Source: Cyanophora paradoxa CCMP329 (lineage: Eukaryota; Plantae; Glaucophyta). From it: a stretch of 64,000 bases of DNA. Of the stretch, positions 44,451 through 56,998 are shown one piece after another (position 1 is the stretch's first letter; each line of letters opens with the position of its first letter). Location of the stretch: assembly GCA_004431415.1 (NCBI GenBank), contig QPMI01000483.1:62001-126000 (forward strand). Direction: 5' to 3'. The position numbers and the translations under genes are program-made. The notes beneath the pieces were generated by a model. That model saw only the letters and a list, made by a program, of their open reading frames with translations. It was not told the origin of the DNA and searched no databases.

Positions 44451-46541
44451 TCAGGCGGCGGTGAGGTTGAAGGAGGAGGAGCGGGGGGAGAAGGGGCTGG
44501 CGGGGGCGGCGCCCGGGGCGGAGGGCTCGAGGAGCGGGGCGAGCTGGCCGCGGGAGGCGGTCTTGCGGAGGGCGAGGAGGTCCTGGACGGAGCGCACGGA
44601 GGTGAAGCGGCAGCAGCTGCTCGTCTCCAGCCGCGCCAGCTCCACCAGGAAGTCCCCCACGCTCCCCGACGCCCCCACCCCGCCGGCCCCGCCCCCGCCC
44701 AGCGCCGAGCCCCCGCTCAGCGAGCCGCCGGCCGCCGCGCGCAGGAGGTCCCCCGAGGAGCCGAGGCGGGAGAGGTCGGGGCTCCCCGGCGCCCCCGCCT
44801 CGTGGCCCAGCGCCGCGAGCAGGCCCGAGGAGCCGAACGAGGGGAGCGAGCCGAAGCTGGGGAGGGAGGCGAGGGCGGCGGCGTCCATCGGGGTCGCCGC
44901 CGGCCCCGCCGCGTCCATCGCGAGGCCCTCCAGCAGCATCGGCATCCCCGCGTCGGGCACGAGGTCCGGCAGCTCCGGCAGCGGCCCCGGCCCCGCCTCC
45001 TCCATCGGGCACGGCACCGGCGACGCCCCCGGCGCAGGCCCCGGGGAGCCAGCGCCTGCGGCGGGGCCTGCCGCGCGAGGCCCGAGAGGGAGAGGAGCGG
45101 GGGCGCGGGGCCGACGGGGGCGGCGCCGGGGCGCGGGGGCGAGAGGAGGGCGGGGCCCGGGAGGGACGGCAGGGCGGGGGAGCGCTTGGTGGAGCGGAGG
45201 GGCCCCGGGGCCGGGGACTGCGCGGCGGGCGGGAAGGGCATGGGGAGGAGGGCGGGGCTCCCCGCCGGCTGCCCCGCCCCGACGACGGGCGAGGTGCGCA
45301 TGGAGCTGCCGCCTTCCGAGGCCCCGTCCACCTCCATCTTCACCGCCTCCCCGTTCTCCGGCTCCAGCAACTGCCCCGCCCTCAGCCGGCGTCCCGGCAC
45401 GCGCCGCAGCGCGGCGTCACACCGTGGCGGGGTCGTCGGTGGCCCAGTCGAGGGAGGGCGGGAGGAGCTCCGTGGAGCGTGAGTTCATCTCCTTCCACGC
45501 GTTCCGTACCGTCAGCTCCGCCACACCCGTCACGTCCGCGATCCCTGCGCGGCGCGCGTCCGAGGGGCGGCGCGCCAGGAGCACGGGGGAGCGGCGCACG
45601 CTTCAGCGGGCGTTTCTCCGGCCCCATCTTGGAGATGAGGAGCATCGCCGCGGCGCAGCACGTCAGGGGGGACTTGCCGTGCACGACGTTGATCTCGATC
45701 GCCCGCCGCGCAACGTGGGAGCACGCGTCCAGAAAGTATCTTCGGACGTGCGCGAGGGTCAGCCGCGGGAGACACCGTATATGCCACGCCGCGATGTCCT
45801 AGTCGCAGCGCTGTGCACCGAGTGGTCTGCAGCTTGCGACAGAAGCGCTCCTGCGAGCCGGGGCGCAAGGGTCAGCAGCGCGCGGCACAGAGGTCGACGC
45901 GCAGCGCTTGCCAGAAAGTCATCGGTGCTGCTAGGTAGCATGGTGGCGTCGTCCGTAGTTAGTACATGCGCTTTGAAAGCGCGCCCCAAGTCCTTCGCGC
46001 GCGGGGTCAGTCGGGAAACGCCGAGACGGCAGATGTGGTCGCCACCTTCTTGCATACGCCTGTTGCGTCGCAGATCTCCTTGAAGGACCTGGCAAGATAC
46101 GGTTTGCGGTCTGCCAAGTTGCCCGGCGGCCTATGCGCCCCCTGTGAGGTTGCCCGGCTGACCTTGGTATTCCGTTCTGCCGACAGCCTGCGAGCAAACA
46201 CGCCGCGAGGAGAGGCTCGCGCTGCTTTTGCGCGAGGACGTTCTTTTTCACTCCCGCGGCATCCAAGACTCGGAAGTAAACTCCCGAGGCCGAGCCGACG
46301 AGCCTTACTTCCTCCTCGCTGGAGAGGCCCCCCATCGCTGCGCACCAATTGCGCAGCCTCTCAAGATTCGGGCCTAGTTGCTTATCCTTCTGGTGGGCCT
46401 GCGCCGCGAGGGAGATCAGGAATGCGCACGCGGAAACGACGTGGCAGCTCGTACCCGAGCAAGAAAGTCGGCGGCGGTGGTGCTCGCCACCATGGCCAAT
46501 GCATCTGCGGGCGCCCCGGCTGGCGGTAGCTGCGCCGCCAT
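44451..46541 (-). CDS. TFIIB-related protein (two cyclin repeats, low-complexity C-terminal tail); multi-exon
   Basis: LLAACLLAGCRQNGIP/RSFKEICDATGV, HGKSPLTCCAAAMLLIS, IADVTGVAELTVRNAWKEM. Confidence 0.85.
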
Positions 46542-46705
46542 GCTGGGGAGCGGCCGCTTGGAAAGCTGGATCGAATAGCATGTACCCCCCTCTGCCTGCC
46601 TAAGCCAGAGGCAGTGCCAGAGGCAGTACACACACAGTGCCAGTCTTGCCAGCGCGCGCGGATCCGGATGCGCGGACCCGGACGCGGATCCGGATCCTCC
46701 GGGAT

Positions 46706-46846
46706 CCTTCCGGAGCACTGGCCAGGGTAAAGTGAGCGCGCGCGGATCGCGCACGTGCGAGTACATCGGAGGCGTACCAGGGTCGCTTGACTCCAGGGAC
46801 GTTGTTCTAAAAGGAGACAGTAAGTTTGAGTGCCGCTGCGATTAGT
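46706..46846. repeat. Direct partial copy of the PsbQ-like gene (intron-microexon-intron)
   Basis: Near-identical to 48335-48480 (CCTTCCGGAGCACTGGCCAGGGTAAAGT...GCTGCGATTAGT). Confidence 0.9.
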
Positions 46847-47250
46847 ACCGCGGCCGGCGCCGTCATGATCAGGGCGCGCGCGCGCGCTTGCGCACCGTAT
46901 ACGGTATACGTACGCGTGGCACTGCGGCATGCACTTGATTTTAAGCGCTAGCTTGCCGTATCATGAACATAAAATGCATGCGCCGCTGCACTGCCGCAAC
47001 TGCGCATGCGCATGCAGTGCGTCGCTGCAGTGCGATGCGCATGCACGTCTAGATCTGTATACGTACATGTGCCGCAGTGCATGCGCGCAGCGCGCGCGCG
47101 CCGCGGCGGCATGCGAATATTAATGCGCACTGCAGCCTCGAAGTTCGTCCATCGATTAAATTAAATATTCAATGATTCCACGGCCCCGGCGGACGGCGGC
47201 GGACCGGCGGTCCGACGTCGAGCTCGCGATCGACTGGGCCACTGGGGCGC

Positions 47251-47667
47251 CCTCATCGCGGCTTCCCAGCGCGGCAGTCCGGATCCCGCGGCGCTCAATT
47301 CGAATTCGAAGCAGCGCGCGTCCGACGGTCGTGCCCGGCAACCCCGGCCCCGACGGCGGCTCCCGCCCCGGTCGTCGCCTCCAGATCTCAGCCCAAGTTC
47401 GAGGCCAAGGAAGTCGCACGCAAGACCTTCACGGCTGTCGCTGTTGCCCTTCTGTCGGCCTCGCCCGCCTTTGCCGCCGTCATCCCGGTGCGCGCGCGAT
47501 AGCTTACTTGCGCGCGACTAATCGCAGCGGCACTCAAACTTACTGTTTCCTTTTAGAACAACGTGCCTGGAGTCAGCGACCCTGGTACGCCTCCGATGTA
47601 CTCGCACGTGCGCGTTCCGCGCGCGCTCACTTTACCCTGGCAAGGCGCCAGTGCTCCGGAAGGAGGA
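47251..47667 (+). pseudogene. Inverted partial copy of the 5' half of the PsbQ-like gene
   Basis: Reverse complement of 48331-48720 with small insertions; introns retained. Confidence 0.9.
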
Positions 47668-47790
47668 TCACACATATATAATTTGTTGGACATGCTTACG
47701 CTCTACACAACTACGTAAACTGTAAATGCAACTGCGATCTGTTAAACAAATGAAAGACTAGCGCTAGGTTCAGAGAGCGCGTTCCACGGT

Positions 47791-48740
47791 TTAGAAGGCC
47801 TTGTCGCCCTTGAGAAGCGGCGTCTTGCCCTCGACGAACTTCTCGTACGCATCCTCGCGCTGGAACTCGATGCCGGCCAGAGAGAAGAACTTCTCGATGT
47901 CGCGGCGCGCGTTCTCAGCATCGATCACAGCCTGGAGAAGCGCGCGCGCATGTCGGCACGGGGCGCGGTGCGCCAGGCGATGAGGCGTAGGGCGAGCGAC
48001 CGGCGAACCTTCTCCTTGTCCTCGGTGGTCTCGAGGGCGCGGATGTCGGCGACGAAGGACTTGATGGCGGCCTCGGCCTGGCGCTCGCGAGCGCGGAAGA
48101 CGTCGGCGCTCATGATGTTGAGCGGCTTGGCGATCCCGTTAAGCTGAGCGCGCGGGAGGGAAGAACTTCGTTAGCACGGGGCGCGCTGCGCAGGAGGGGA
48201 GAAACACGCGGCTTGCAGCCGACGAACCTCGCGAGCCTCATCCTCGACCTTGCCCCAGCGGCCGGCCGCGATGTGGTCTTCGATGCGGGCAATCGAGTCA
48301 TAGCCGCGCTTAATCTCCTCGAGGTACTTCTCCTCCTTCCGGAGCACTGGCCAGGGTAAAGTACTAGTGAGCGCGCGCGGAACGCGCACGTGCGAGTACA
48401 TCGGAGGCGTACCAGGGTCGCTGATTCCAGGGACGTTGTTCTAAAAGGAAACAGTAAGTTCGAGTGCCGCTGCGATTAGTCGCGCGCAAGAAAGCTATCG
48501 CGCGCGCACCGGGATGACGGCGGCAAAGGCGGGCGAGGCCGACAGAAGGGCAACAGCGACAGCCGTGAAGGTCTTGCGTGCGACTTCCTTGGCCTCGAAC
48601 TTGGGCCGAGAGCTGGAGGCGACGACCGGGGCGGGAGCCGCCGCCGGGGCCGGGGTTGCCGGGCACGACGCGCGCTGCTTCAGCGCCGCGGGAGTGCCGC
48701 GCTGGGAAGCCGCGATGAGGCCGCCGTTCACGAACGCCAT
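47791..48740 (-). CDS. Nuclear-encoded thylakoid-lumen protein, PsbQ-like (5 exons)
   Basis: Bipartite presequence MAFVNGG...ARKTFTAVAVALLSASPAFA (A-x-A cleavage), microexon NNVPGISDP, helical mature part IEDHIAAGRWGKVEDEARE...RRDIEKFFSL. GT-AG introns. Confidence 0.65.
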
Positions 48741-49126
48741 TGCTGCTGGATGGTGGAGGCGGAAGGTGGTAGAGGTGCGAAGATGCCCGAACTGTGAGCG
48801 AAGTGATGAGTTCGCCGGTTTTGTGGCCCCGAAAAAAAAGCCCTCATCATTCGCGATCGCACGTGCACGGGCGAGCAATTTAAAACGCGTGCCACATTGC
48901 CACGGTGCGGCATGTGCAGCGGCACGCAGACGAAGATTCGAGAATAATTTTGAATGATGCAGGGCATTGCAGGCAAATCAGGCAGGAGGGGGACAGCGAC
49001 AGCGAGAGAGGAGGGCGCCTGCTGGGTTGAGCGGGAGGGGGGGAGGGGGGCGGATGGGCAAGGCCCTGAGGGTTCAACGGTTCGGAAAGGGGGCGACGCG
49101 GAGTGGGGGCAATGGAGCCCTGGAGC

Positions 49127-52100
49127 TCATTGCACGGCGCCGCCAAGCCACTCGCCGCTGCCGCCGGCGGCCGCAGCCTGGATGGCGGCGCTCTGCTGCT
49201 GCTGCTGGAGGGAGCGGGCGGCCTGGATCTGCCGCATGTAGGCGGCCATGTCCTCGGGCGCGACGCGCGCCATGGCCGCCATCTGCTGCCGCTGCCGCTG
49301 AAGCATCATCAGCTGCTGCTGCTGCGCTGGCGCCAAAGCCGCGAACTGCTGCGCCGTCATCCCCACGCCGTACCCGTAGCCGTACGTGGCCTGCCGCCGC
49401 GCGTCAGGGGCGGCGGAGGGGCCGAGACTGGACGGGTGCGGGCGCACGGCCGGGTCGTTCATGACGGCAACCGGGGCGGCCTGCGCGACGGCCGCAGCGC
49501 CCCCGTCGTGGGCCCCCAGCGCCATAGACGCCCCCGGGCCCGCGATCGCCATTCCGCCACTCGCGGGGCCCGCCCCCCCGGGCGCTGCCTGCGGGACCGC
49601 GGGGACAGGCCCCTGTGCGCCGCCTGTGCGCTCTGCGGGTGGTCGGAGACAAGGCGGGGCGCGGCGCGAGCGCCGGGGCGCACGCTGTTTGGGGGCGCCG
49701 CCAGACGCGCTCTTGCTGCTCGAGGGCCGCCCTGCTCGCCGCAGTCAGGCGGGGCAGCACGGCTGTGCCCTCCGGGGCGCGCGCACCGCGCTTCGTGCCC
49801 GACTCTGAGGACCGGCTTTTCGAAGAGGTTGGCGGGGCCGGGGCGGGGCCGCCACCCCGCGGGGCGCCGGCCTTCTCGGAGGCCGGGGCGGCGGGCCGGA
49901 GCCGGGGCCCGCGGATGCAGCCGGAACGGCGGGCACCGCAAGGGCCGGGGCGGCGGCGGCGGCGGCCTGCTGCAGGGACTTGGCCTTGGCGACGCAAGAG
50001 TGCAGGATGCGCAGCGCCTCGTTCTTCGCCTGCGCACGCGCTTGCGCGGGGGCGGCCGGGGGCGAGGCGTCGGCCGGCGCACCGCCGCCCAGGGCCCGCC
50101 GCCGCCGGCGAGGACGAAGGACAGGAACGACTCCATGCTGGGGGCTCCGTGAGGGGCGCGGCGGGGGGGCGGGCGGGGGCGGCGGGCGCCTGTGCGCGTA
50201 GGAGTGGCCCTCGGGGATGATGTCGCCGACGGTGGTCCACTGCGTGAGGCGGCGCGGGCGCAGGATCGCCGCCGTGGGGATGCGCGCCAGGCTCGAGCGG
50301 ATCTCCAGCAGCGGGTTCTCCGACAGCGGCGCCCCCGCCTCGCCGCTCGACGGCGTCGGCGAGGGCCGAACCGCCCGATCCACAGCAGCCCCTGCCGCCG
50401 CCTCCGACGCCGACGCGCCCGCAGCGTCCGCGGCCCCGCCCCCGTCGGCGGCCTTCTCCTTCTCCCCGGCCGCCTCACCCCTCTCCTCTGCCTTCGGCTT
50501 GTCGTCGCCGCCCGTCGGGCACTCCGCCGCGGTCGCGGGCGCCGCCGCCTCCTCTTTCAGCACCAACTCTCCCTCTGATCTCTCCGCTTTCGGGGGCCCC
50601 GCCTCGCCCGTCTCCTCGGCCGCCGCCTTCGCCTTCTCGTCGCCCTGGGTGGCAGCGGTCTCCCTCGCGGCGTCGCCCTTCTTGGCCGCCGGCGCCCCCG
50701 CGGCCTCCGCTGGCTTCCCCTCGTCCTCCGCCGGCTCGTCGCGCTTCTTCTCCCCCACCGCCTCCGGCCTCCTCTCGCCCTGCTCCTCGGTCTTGGGCTC
50801 CTCCTTCGCCTTCTCCCCCGCCGCCTCCTCGGGGCCGGCCTGCTGTTCCCGCGGGGAGCCGAACTCAGCGTCCAGCGTCCGCCGGAAGAGCGACTCGAAC
50901 TGCGCGGGGCGTCGGCACGGGCGCGGGGCGTGGGGCGCGGGGCGGGCCTGCTTGTGCTGCGCCGCCACGGCCGCCCGGTCCTCCGCACTCAGCGTCACAG
51001 GCCGCGGCGCTGGAGCCGCAGCCGCCGACGCCGCCCCCGACGATGTCCGCCCCGGGGCCCCCGCGGCCCCTGCGGCGCCGGGGGAGGCTGCCGCGCTCAG
51101 AGAAGCTGCAGGGCCGGCGCCGGAAGCCGCAGCCGAGGTTGTAGCGGCGCCGGCGGCCGGGACGGCGGCGGAGCCCTGCGGGAGACTACCCTCACTGCCG
51201 CTGCCTTTCCTCCGTTTCTGCGGCCGCTCATCGCCCCCCTCGCCCTCCTGACCCTTGTCTGCGCCGCCCCGCGCTTGAGACGGAGGGTGTGCGGAAGCGT
51301 GCAAGGCGGGCGCACGGTCTTTGTCTTGCGTCAAGTCCACGGTCTCTCCTTGTCTGCAAGCGGGGTGTCGGAATCCGGCGGCGCCGGAGGGCGGGGAGGG
51401 GGGGGGGGGGGGCCGCCGCGCCGGTTTTCGCCCACCTCTTAGGCTGCTGCTGTTGCTGCTGAGGAGCCTGCTGTTGTGGCTGACCTGCGGCGGTGGGCGG
51501 CTTGCCTGACGCCTTGTCGCTGGCCCTGTCCGGGGCGCCGGCTCCGCCGAGGGACTGGCCGAGGGCCTGCCCGCGGGCCTGCATCTGGGCCTGGAGCTGC
51601 GCCTGGCGCTGCTTTTCGAAGTGCGCCGCGAGCTGCACCTGCGCCCGCTGCAGCAGCACCTGCTGCTGGTCCGGCGTCAGCTGCTGCATCTGCTGCGGCG
51701 TCAGCCCGATTTGCTGGTGTAGCAGCGCCTGGTGGTGTGCCGTGAGCGCCTGCCCCACGAGCGGCTGCGGCTGGCCGACTCCCTGCCCGTGCCCGGGCTT
51801 GCCCGCGACTCCCGCCGGCCCCTGCCCGCCGGGCCCTGGAGCAACGGCCGCCCCCGGCAGAGGCCTGCCGGCTTGCGCGCCGCCGGAAGCCGCCTGCTGG
51901 CCCGCCGCGCCCGCAAGGGGCCGCTGCGGGGTCGCGCCAGCCTGCGCCTGCGACTGGCCCGCATTGCCGCTCGCCTGCGCAGCGGCAGGCTGCTGGCCCG
52001 CCGGAGCGGCGCCGGCGGGGCCGCCAGCTCCGGGCTGGGCCGCCTGCCCCGAATGGCCGACGGCGCCCTGTCCGGGACCGCGCTGGGCAGCCTGCTGCCC

Positions 52101-54046
52101 GCCAGCTGCCTGCCCGGCTGCGGCGGCCGCTGCTGCTGCGGCGGCCTGCTGCTGCTGATGGTGCACGTGCAAGTGGTACGTGAGCTGCTGTTGGTGCTGG
52201 TACAGGGCCTGGTGCAGCCCTGCGCGTCAGCAGCGCCTGTCGGTACACGGTTTGGGGGGATCCGACCTGGTACTGCTGCAGCATCGGGGCCCACTGCGGA
52301 AAAAGAGGTTCGGCGGAGGCGCAGTGATCAAGGCGCGCAGGGAGGGATACCTGTGGGTTTTGAGAGACCTGCGAGAGCATTTCTCGGGCGGCCGGCCCGC
52401 CGCTTTGCAGAACCTGCGCCGCGTCAGCGGGGGCGCCGGGGCGCCGGGGCAGGGCGTGCCTGCATGGGAAACCCGACGGCGTTGGCGGCCTGCACGAACT
52501 GCTGGTACCGCGCCTGGTACTGCTGGTACTGCTGCAGCAGCTGCGGCGGCAAGTTCCGCTGCGGCGCGCGTCTTGCCGAGCCCACGGACGATGAAGCGGG
52601 GGCGCGCACCGCGGAGAGGGGCTTGGAGGCGGAAGCGGAGGCGGCAGGAGCGGAGGTGGACGGGGCGGGAACGGTCCGGGACCCGGGGGCGCCGGCGGAA
52701 CCGGATGGCGTGCCGGCGGGGGCAGAGGGGCCTGGAGCCGCGGAGGCGGGACCCGATGCCGACACGGAGGGAGGAGGATCGGCGATCGCGGAGGCTGGGG
52801 TTGAGCCAGAGGGTTTACCGGTCGCGGGAGCCACCGTTGCAGGGGAATCCGCTGACGCGGTCGTCGGCGCCGCGCTAGTCGGAGCACTTGTGGTTACCGG
52901 CTGCAATGCGCGCTCAGCCAGAAGAGAGAACCCATGCGGCAAACATGGCGGGGGAGATGGGCTTGCCTCTTGAGCGAAGCTGGCCGCGCGAGGCAGGGAG
53001 ATGCGGGGAGGGATGAAAGGCGCCGGCGCTCCATGCGGCGCAGATGGGCTGGCGAGACTCGAATCCGAATTCCGCACAGAAGGCGGAGCAGTGACCGGCG
53101 GGGCAGCATCGGCAGCGTGCTCGTCCGATTTGAGTGTATTAAAGGGATGCGCCGATCCGAAGGCAGAAGAATCAGCTGCTCCAGTCTGTGCTCTTGCTAC
53201 ATCCGCTCCGTCTTCTGTCTTCGGTGCATCTGCCCCCGCCTCTGGTCTCACCGTATCAGCCTCGGCCTCTGCCTTCGTGACGCTTGCGCCAGCGGCCTCC
53301 ACTGTTTTCGCCGTGCTCGACGCAGCGCCCTCCTCCGTCTGCGCCGCGCTTGCGGCAGCGCTCTCCTCCGTCTGCGCCGCGCTTCTCTCCTCCGTCTGCG
53401 CCGCGCTTGCGGCAGCGCTCTCCTCTGTCTGCGCCGCGCTTGCGGCAGCGCTCTCCTCCGTCTGCGCCGCGCTTGCGGCAGCGCTCTCCTCTGTCTGCGC
53501 CGCGCTTGCGGCAGCGCTCTCCTCCGTCTGCGCCGCGCTTGCGGCAGCGCTCTCCTCCGTCTGCGCCGCGCTCGACGAAGCGCCCTCCTCCGGGTGCGCC
53601 GCGCTTGCGACAGCGCTCTCCTCCGTCTGCGCCGCGCTTCTCTCCTCCGTCTGCGCCGCGCTTGCGGCAGCGCTCTCCTCCGTCTGCGCCGCGCTTGCGG
53701 CAGCGCTCTCCTCTGTCTGCGCCGCGCTTGCAGCAGCGCTCTCCTCCGTCTGCGCCGCGCTTGCAGCAGCGCTCTCCTCCGTCTGCGCCGCGCTTGCGGC
53801 AGCGCTCTCCTCCGTCTGCGCCGCGCTTGCGGCAGCGCTCTCCTCTGTCTGCGCCGCGCTTGCGGCAGCGCTCTCCTCTGTCTGCGCCGCGCTTGCGGCA
53901 GCGCTCTCCTCCGTCTGCGCCGCGCTTGCGGCAGCGCTCTCCTCCGTTTGCGCAGCGCTTGCGGCAGCGTTCTCCGACGGTCGCTCGTTGTGGGAGCTGC
54001 CGTCATGTACCGCGAGGGGATCTGAGCTTGACGGCGGTTTTGCCAT
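49127..54046 (-). CDS. Large low-complexity Q/A/P/E-rich protein, multi-exon (may be more than one gene)
   Basis: Chain of minus-strand ORFs (52424-54046, 51228-52172, 49745-51340, 49127-49552) with poly-Q tracts and GT-AG-bounded breaks. Confidence 0.6.
53321..53972 (-). repeat. 33-bp coding minisatellite (SAAASAAQTEE, about 20 copies)
   Basis: GCAGCGCTCTCCTC(C/T)GTCTGCGCCGCGCTTGCG repeated in frame. Confidence 0.97.
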
Positions 54047-55094
54047 CGCGGGGCGAGCGGAACTCTTGCGTGGCGGATCAGGAAAGAGGCGCGACCGAGC
54101 ACAATGGTGAGCGTACCGCAGTCATCTCGGCAGGTGCATCCGCGCTATGAAAGCGCGTGACGTTATCTTGAATCGAATCGATGCCAGTGCTACACGCTGT
54201 CGACGACGTCGACTGTGGCGGCGGCGCCTGCGGCAGGGAGCTTAGCTAAGCACATAGCTCGTTTCGATCGAGTTCAAACCTCTTCGGGCTGCACATCGGA
54301 GCTCTCGGAGGGCAGTTGTGCTGCGGGCAGCTTTGCTGCGAGCGAGTCGCGTGGGGCGTCCGCCCTAGAGTTTGGGGTTTCATCCGCGGCAATGGGATCT
54401 GGAGTGCCCGAGTCGGCAGCGGCGTGCGGCTCGGCCATGCCTCTCAAGGTTGAAAAGGCCGCGGATGGTCGAGAAACGATTCGCTGCGTTTGTCCTGCCG
54501 CGCTTGATTTACATGCGTCGCGAGGCCAAAGCTGGCGGCTAATTGTAACACGGGCGGACTAGCTGCGGACTACGCAAGAGCTAGCTGCAGCTGGGTACGC
54601 CCGGACCCACGGGATCGGATTGTACCCCAGTGGCCACCCATGCCACCGATGATGCCGGTCCCATACTGTATATATGCATGCGCACGGCAGCCATGCGGAT
54701 GCCAGGCACCGGCCGCGGTACCCGGTCATGCATATGCATATGCATATGCATGGCCTTTCCTGCTAACGTTAACCCTACTGTGGTGGCACTGCGGCATAAG
54801 TGGTCAATGCAAATCCAGGTTCTCAAAGTCCCTACGCCCTGTCATTGCATGTGGGGCCTTCAACACAAATTTGCTTGAGGAGTAGGGGTGGGGCTCGTGA
54901 GGGGTGGGTGTGGACCCGGGGGGATGTTGCATCAGGAACAAGTTGATGAAAAAAAGCATGAGTATCATTTCGAGTCGATGAGCGAGAAATTACAAAGGGG
55001 GAGAAATCCTGTTCAAATAGAAGCCCAAATTCACGCTGTCGATGGGAATGGGATCAGATCCTGCACTAAGTCCCTGTGTCCTGGAGAGCACAAG

Positions 55095-55706
55095 CCCTGA
55101 GCTCTCGATGCGCTTGAGCGCCCTGCGGACTGCGGGCGCGCGCACGGAGGGCATCTGCGGGCGGATATCTCAGAGATCGTTGCGAGAGCCGCCCGGCCGC
55201 GCAGCCAGCTCACCTGACCCAAAGAGCGAGGCCCGCCGGACGAGCCCCTAGCTCTCGATGCGCTTCGGCGCCCCGCGGGCTGCGAGCGCGCGCTACGGAG
55301 GGCATCTGCGGGTGAATATCTCAGAGATCGTTGCGAGAGCCGTCCGGCCGCGCCGCCGGCTCACCTGGCCCAAAGAGCGAGGCCCGCCGGACGAGCCCCG
55401 AGCTTTCTATCCGCTTGGGCGCCCTGCGGGCTGCGAGCGCGCGCTAAGGAGGACATTTGCGGGCGGATATCTCAGAGACCGTTGCGAGAGCCGCCCGGCC
55501 GCGCAGCCAGCTCAACTAGGCCTGGCCCGAAGAGCGAGGCCCGCCGGACGAGCCCCGAGCTTTCTATCCGCTTCGGCGCCCTGCGGGCTGCGAGCGCGCG
55601 CTATGGAGGGCATCTGCGGGTGGATATCTCAGAGACCGTTGCGAGAGCCGCCCGGCCGCGCAGCCAGCTCACCTGGCCCAAAGAGCGAGGCCCGCCGGAC
55701 GAGCCT
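55095..55706. repeat. ~152-bp tandem repeat, 4 copies
   Basis: ATATCTCAGAGA(T/C)CGTTGCGAGAGCCG and AAGAGCGAGGCCCGCCGGACGAGCC each recur four times. Confidence 0.93.
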
Positions 55707-56998
55707 CGTCCCTGTCGAGAGTCTCCAGGCAGGGCTCGCAGTACTTCTGGTAGAGAGTAGAGCAGGAGCCGGTCGTTTTCATGCGAAGCGAGTGCACTGC
55801 CTCGACTCCAGAGTCTGTGCGAAGGAACCCGCGGCGGTGAGCTCGAGACGTCGACTTCAGGTGAACCTGCCGGGCGGGGCGAGCGCACCATGCACGAAGT
55901 GCGCTCGTGAGCAAGAGAGTCTTCGAATGAGCACTTGCTGTCCGCGGCCGGGTGCATCGATAGCCCCTGGCAGAGCGAGCTTTCCCAGTCCGACTGAATC
56001 GGAACGCGCACGCGTACGTCTCTCTGCGGCCAGCGCGGTCAGGGCGGCCAGCGCAGAGCGATCCAAGCAATAGCGTACATTCGCTTCGGCTTCAAGGAGC
56101 TGATCGTCTGTCCAGGATCGTCTGTCCAGGCGCGCGATGGGAGTGTTCAAGCTCTGCGAGGTCGAACAGCAGCGGAGCGGGAGGAATGAGCGGATCGGGA
56201 GGGATGAACGATGTTGCGAGCCGCGGTGCGGGCGCGATGTCAGCCGCGGGCGCAGAGCTCGAGGAATTCACCTGAAGGCGCTCTCTCCCGACCGGCGCCC
56301 GGCCCCAAAAGGCAAGGGAACTGTGATGCTGCCTCTCGGCTGCGTCTGCTGTACATGTGCGCTGCAGCTGGGGGCAGCGCTTTACGAGCAGCTGGGTCCC
56401 CTGACACGAATACCCCCCGCGGGTTTTTTTAGATCCACGGTTCAAACGCGGCCCGAATTCGAATGCCAGCGCGAGGTAAGGCCTCGCGCGCAGTCGGAAG
56501 CTGAACACCGCATCCGCGAACATTTTCGGGTGCCCTGCGGCGCGCTCCGGCGACATGCATGGACTTGCATATGCGCGATGTATGTCCCCGTTCTCGGCAG
56601 CCGGGCTAGCTACGGGCTCGCCGCTAGCTCGAGCGTGTAGAGGAGGCCGTTCCCGGTTGTCTCCAACTCGTTCCGGCGGGCAATCCCGGTCGTGGCCTCG
56701 GGGAAACGGATTTGACGAGGTGGCATATGAAGGGGTATATACAAATTGAGCCGTTGGCTGCAAATTCAGGACTAGGAAGGTAATATATGGCCATGGCCAT
56801 GGGGTGTATATATATACGTACCATGGTTATCTCCCCGCGTACAACCTGCAACGCCAGTCAAGGCCTTAAGCTTAGGCCAGTCGACGTCCAACCTCAACCC
56901 GATCGAAGCGCAACCGAAGCGCGATGGGGGCAAACTGATCTGAGCGTGCAACAGCTTCCCGTGAGCGGAACTGAGCCAAGACTGATGAGATAGGAACG

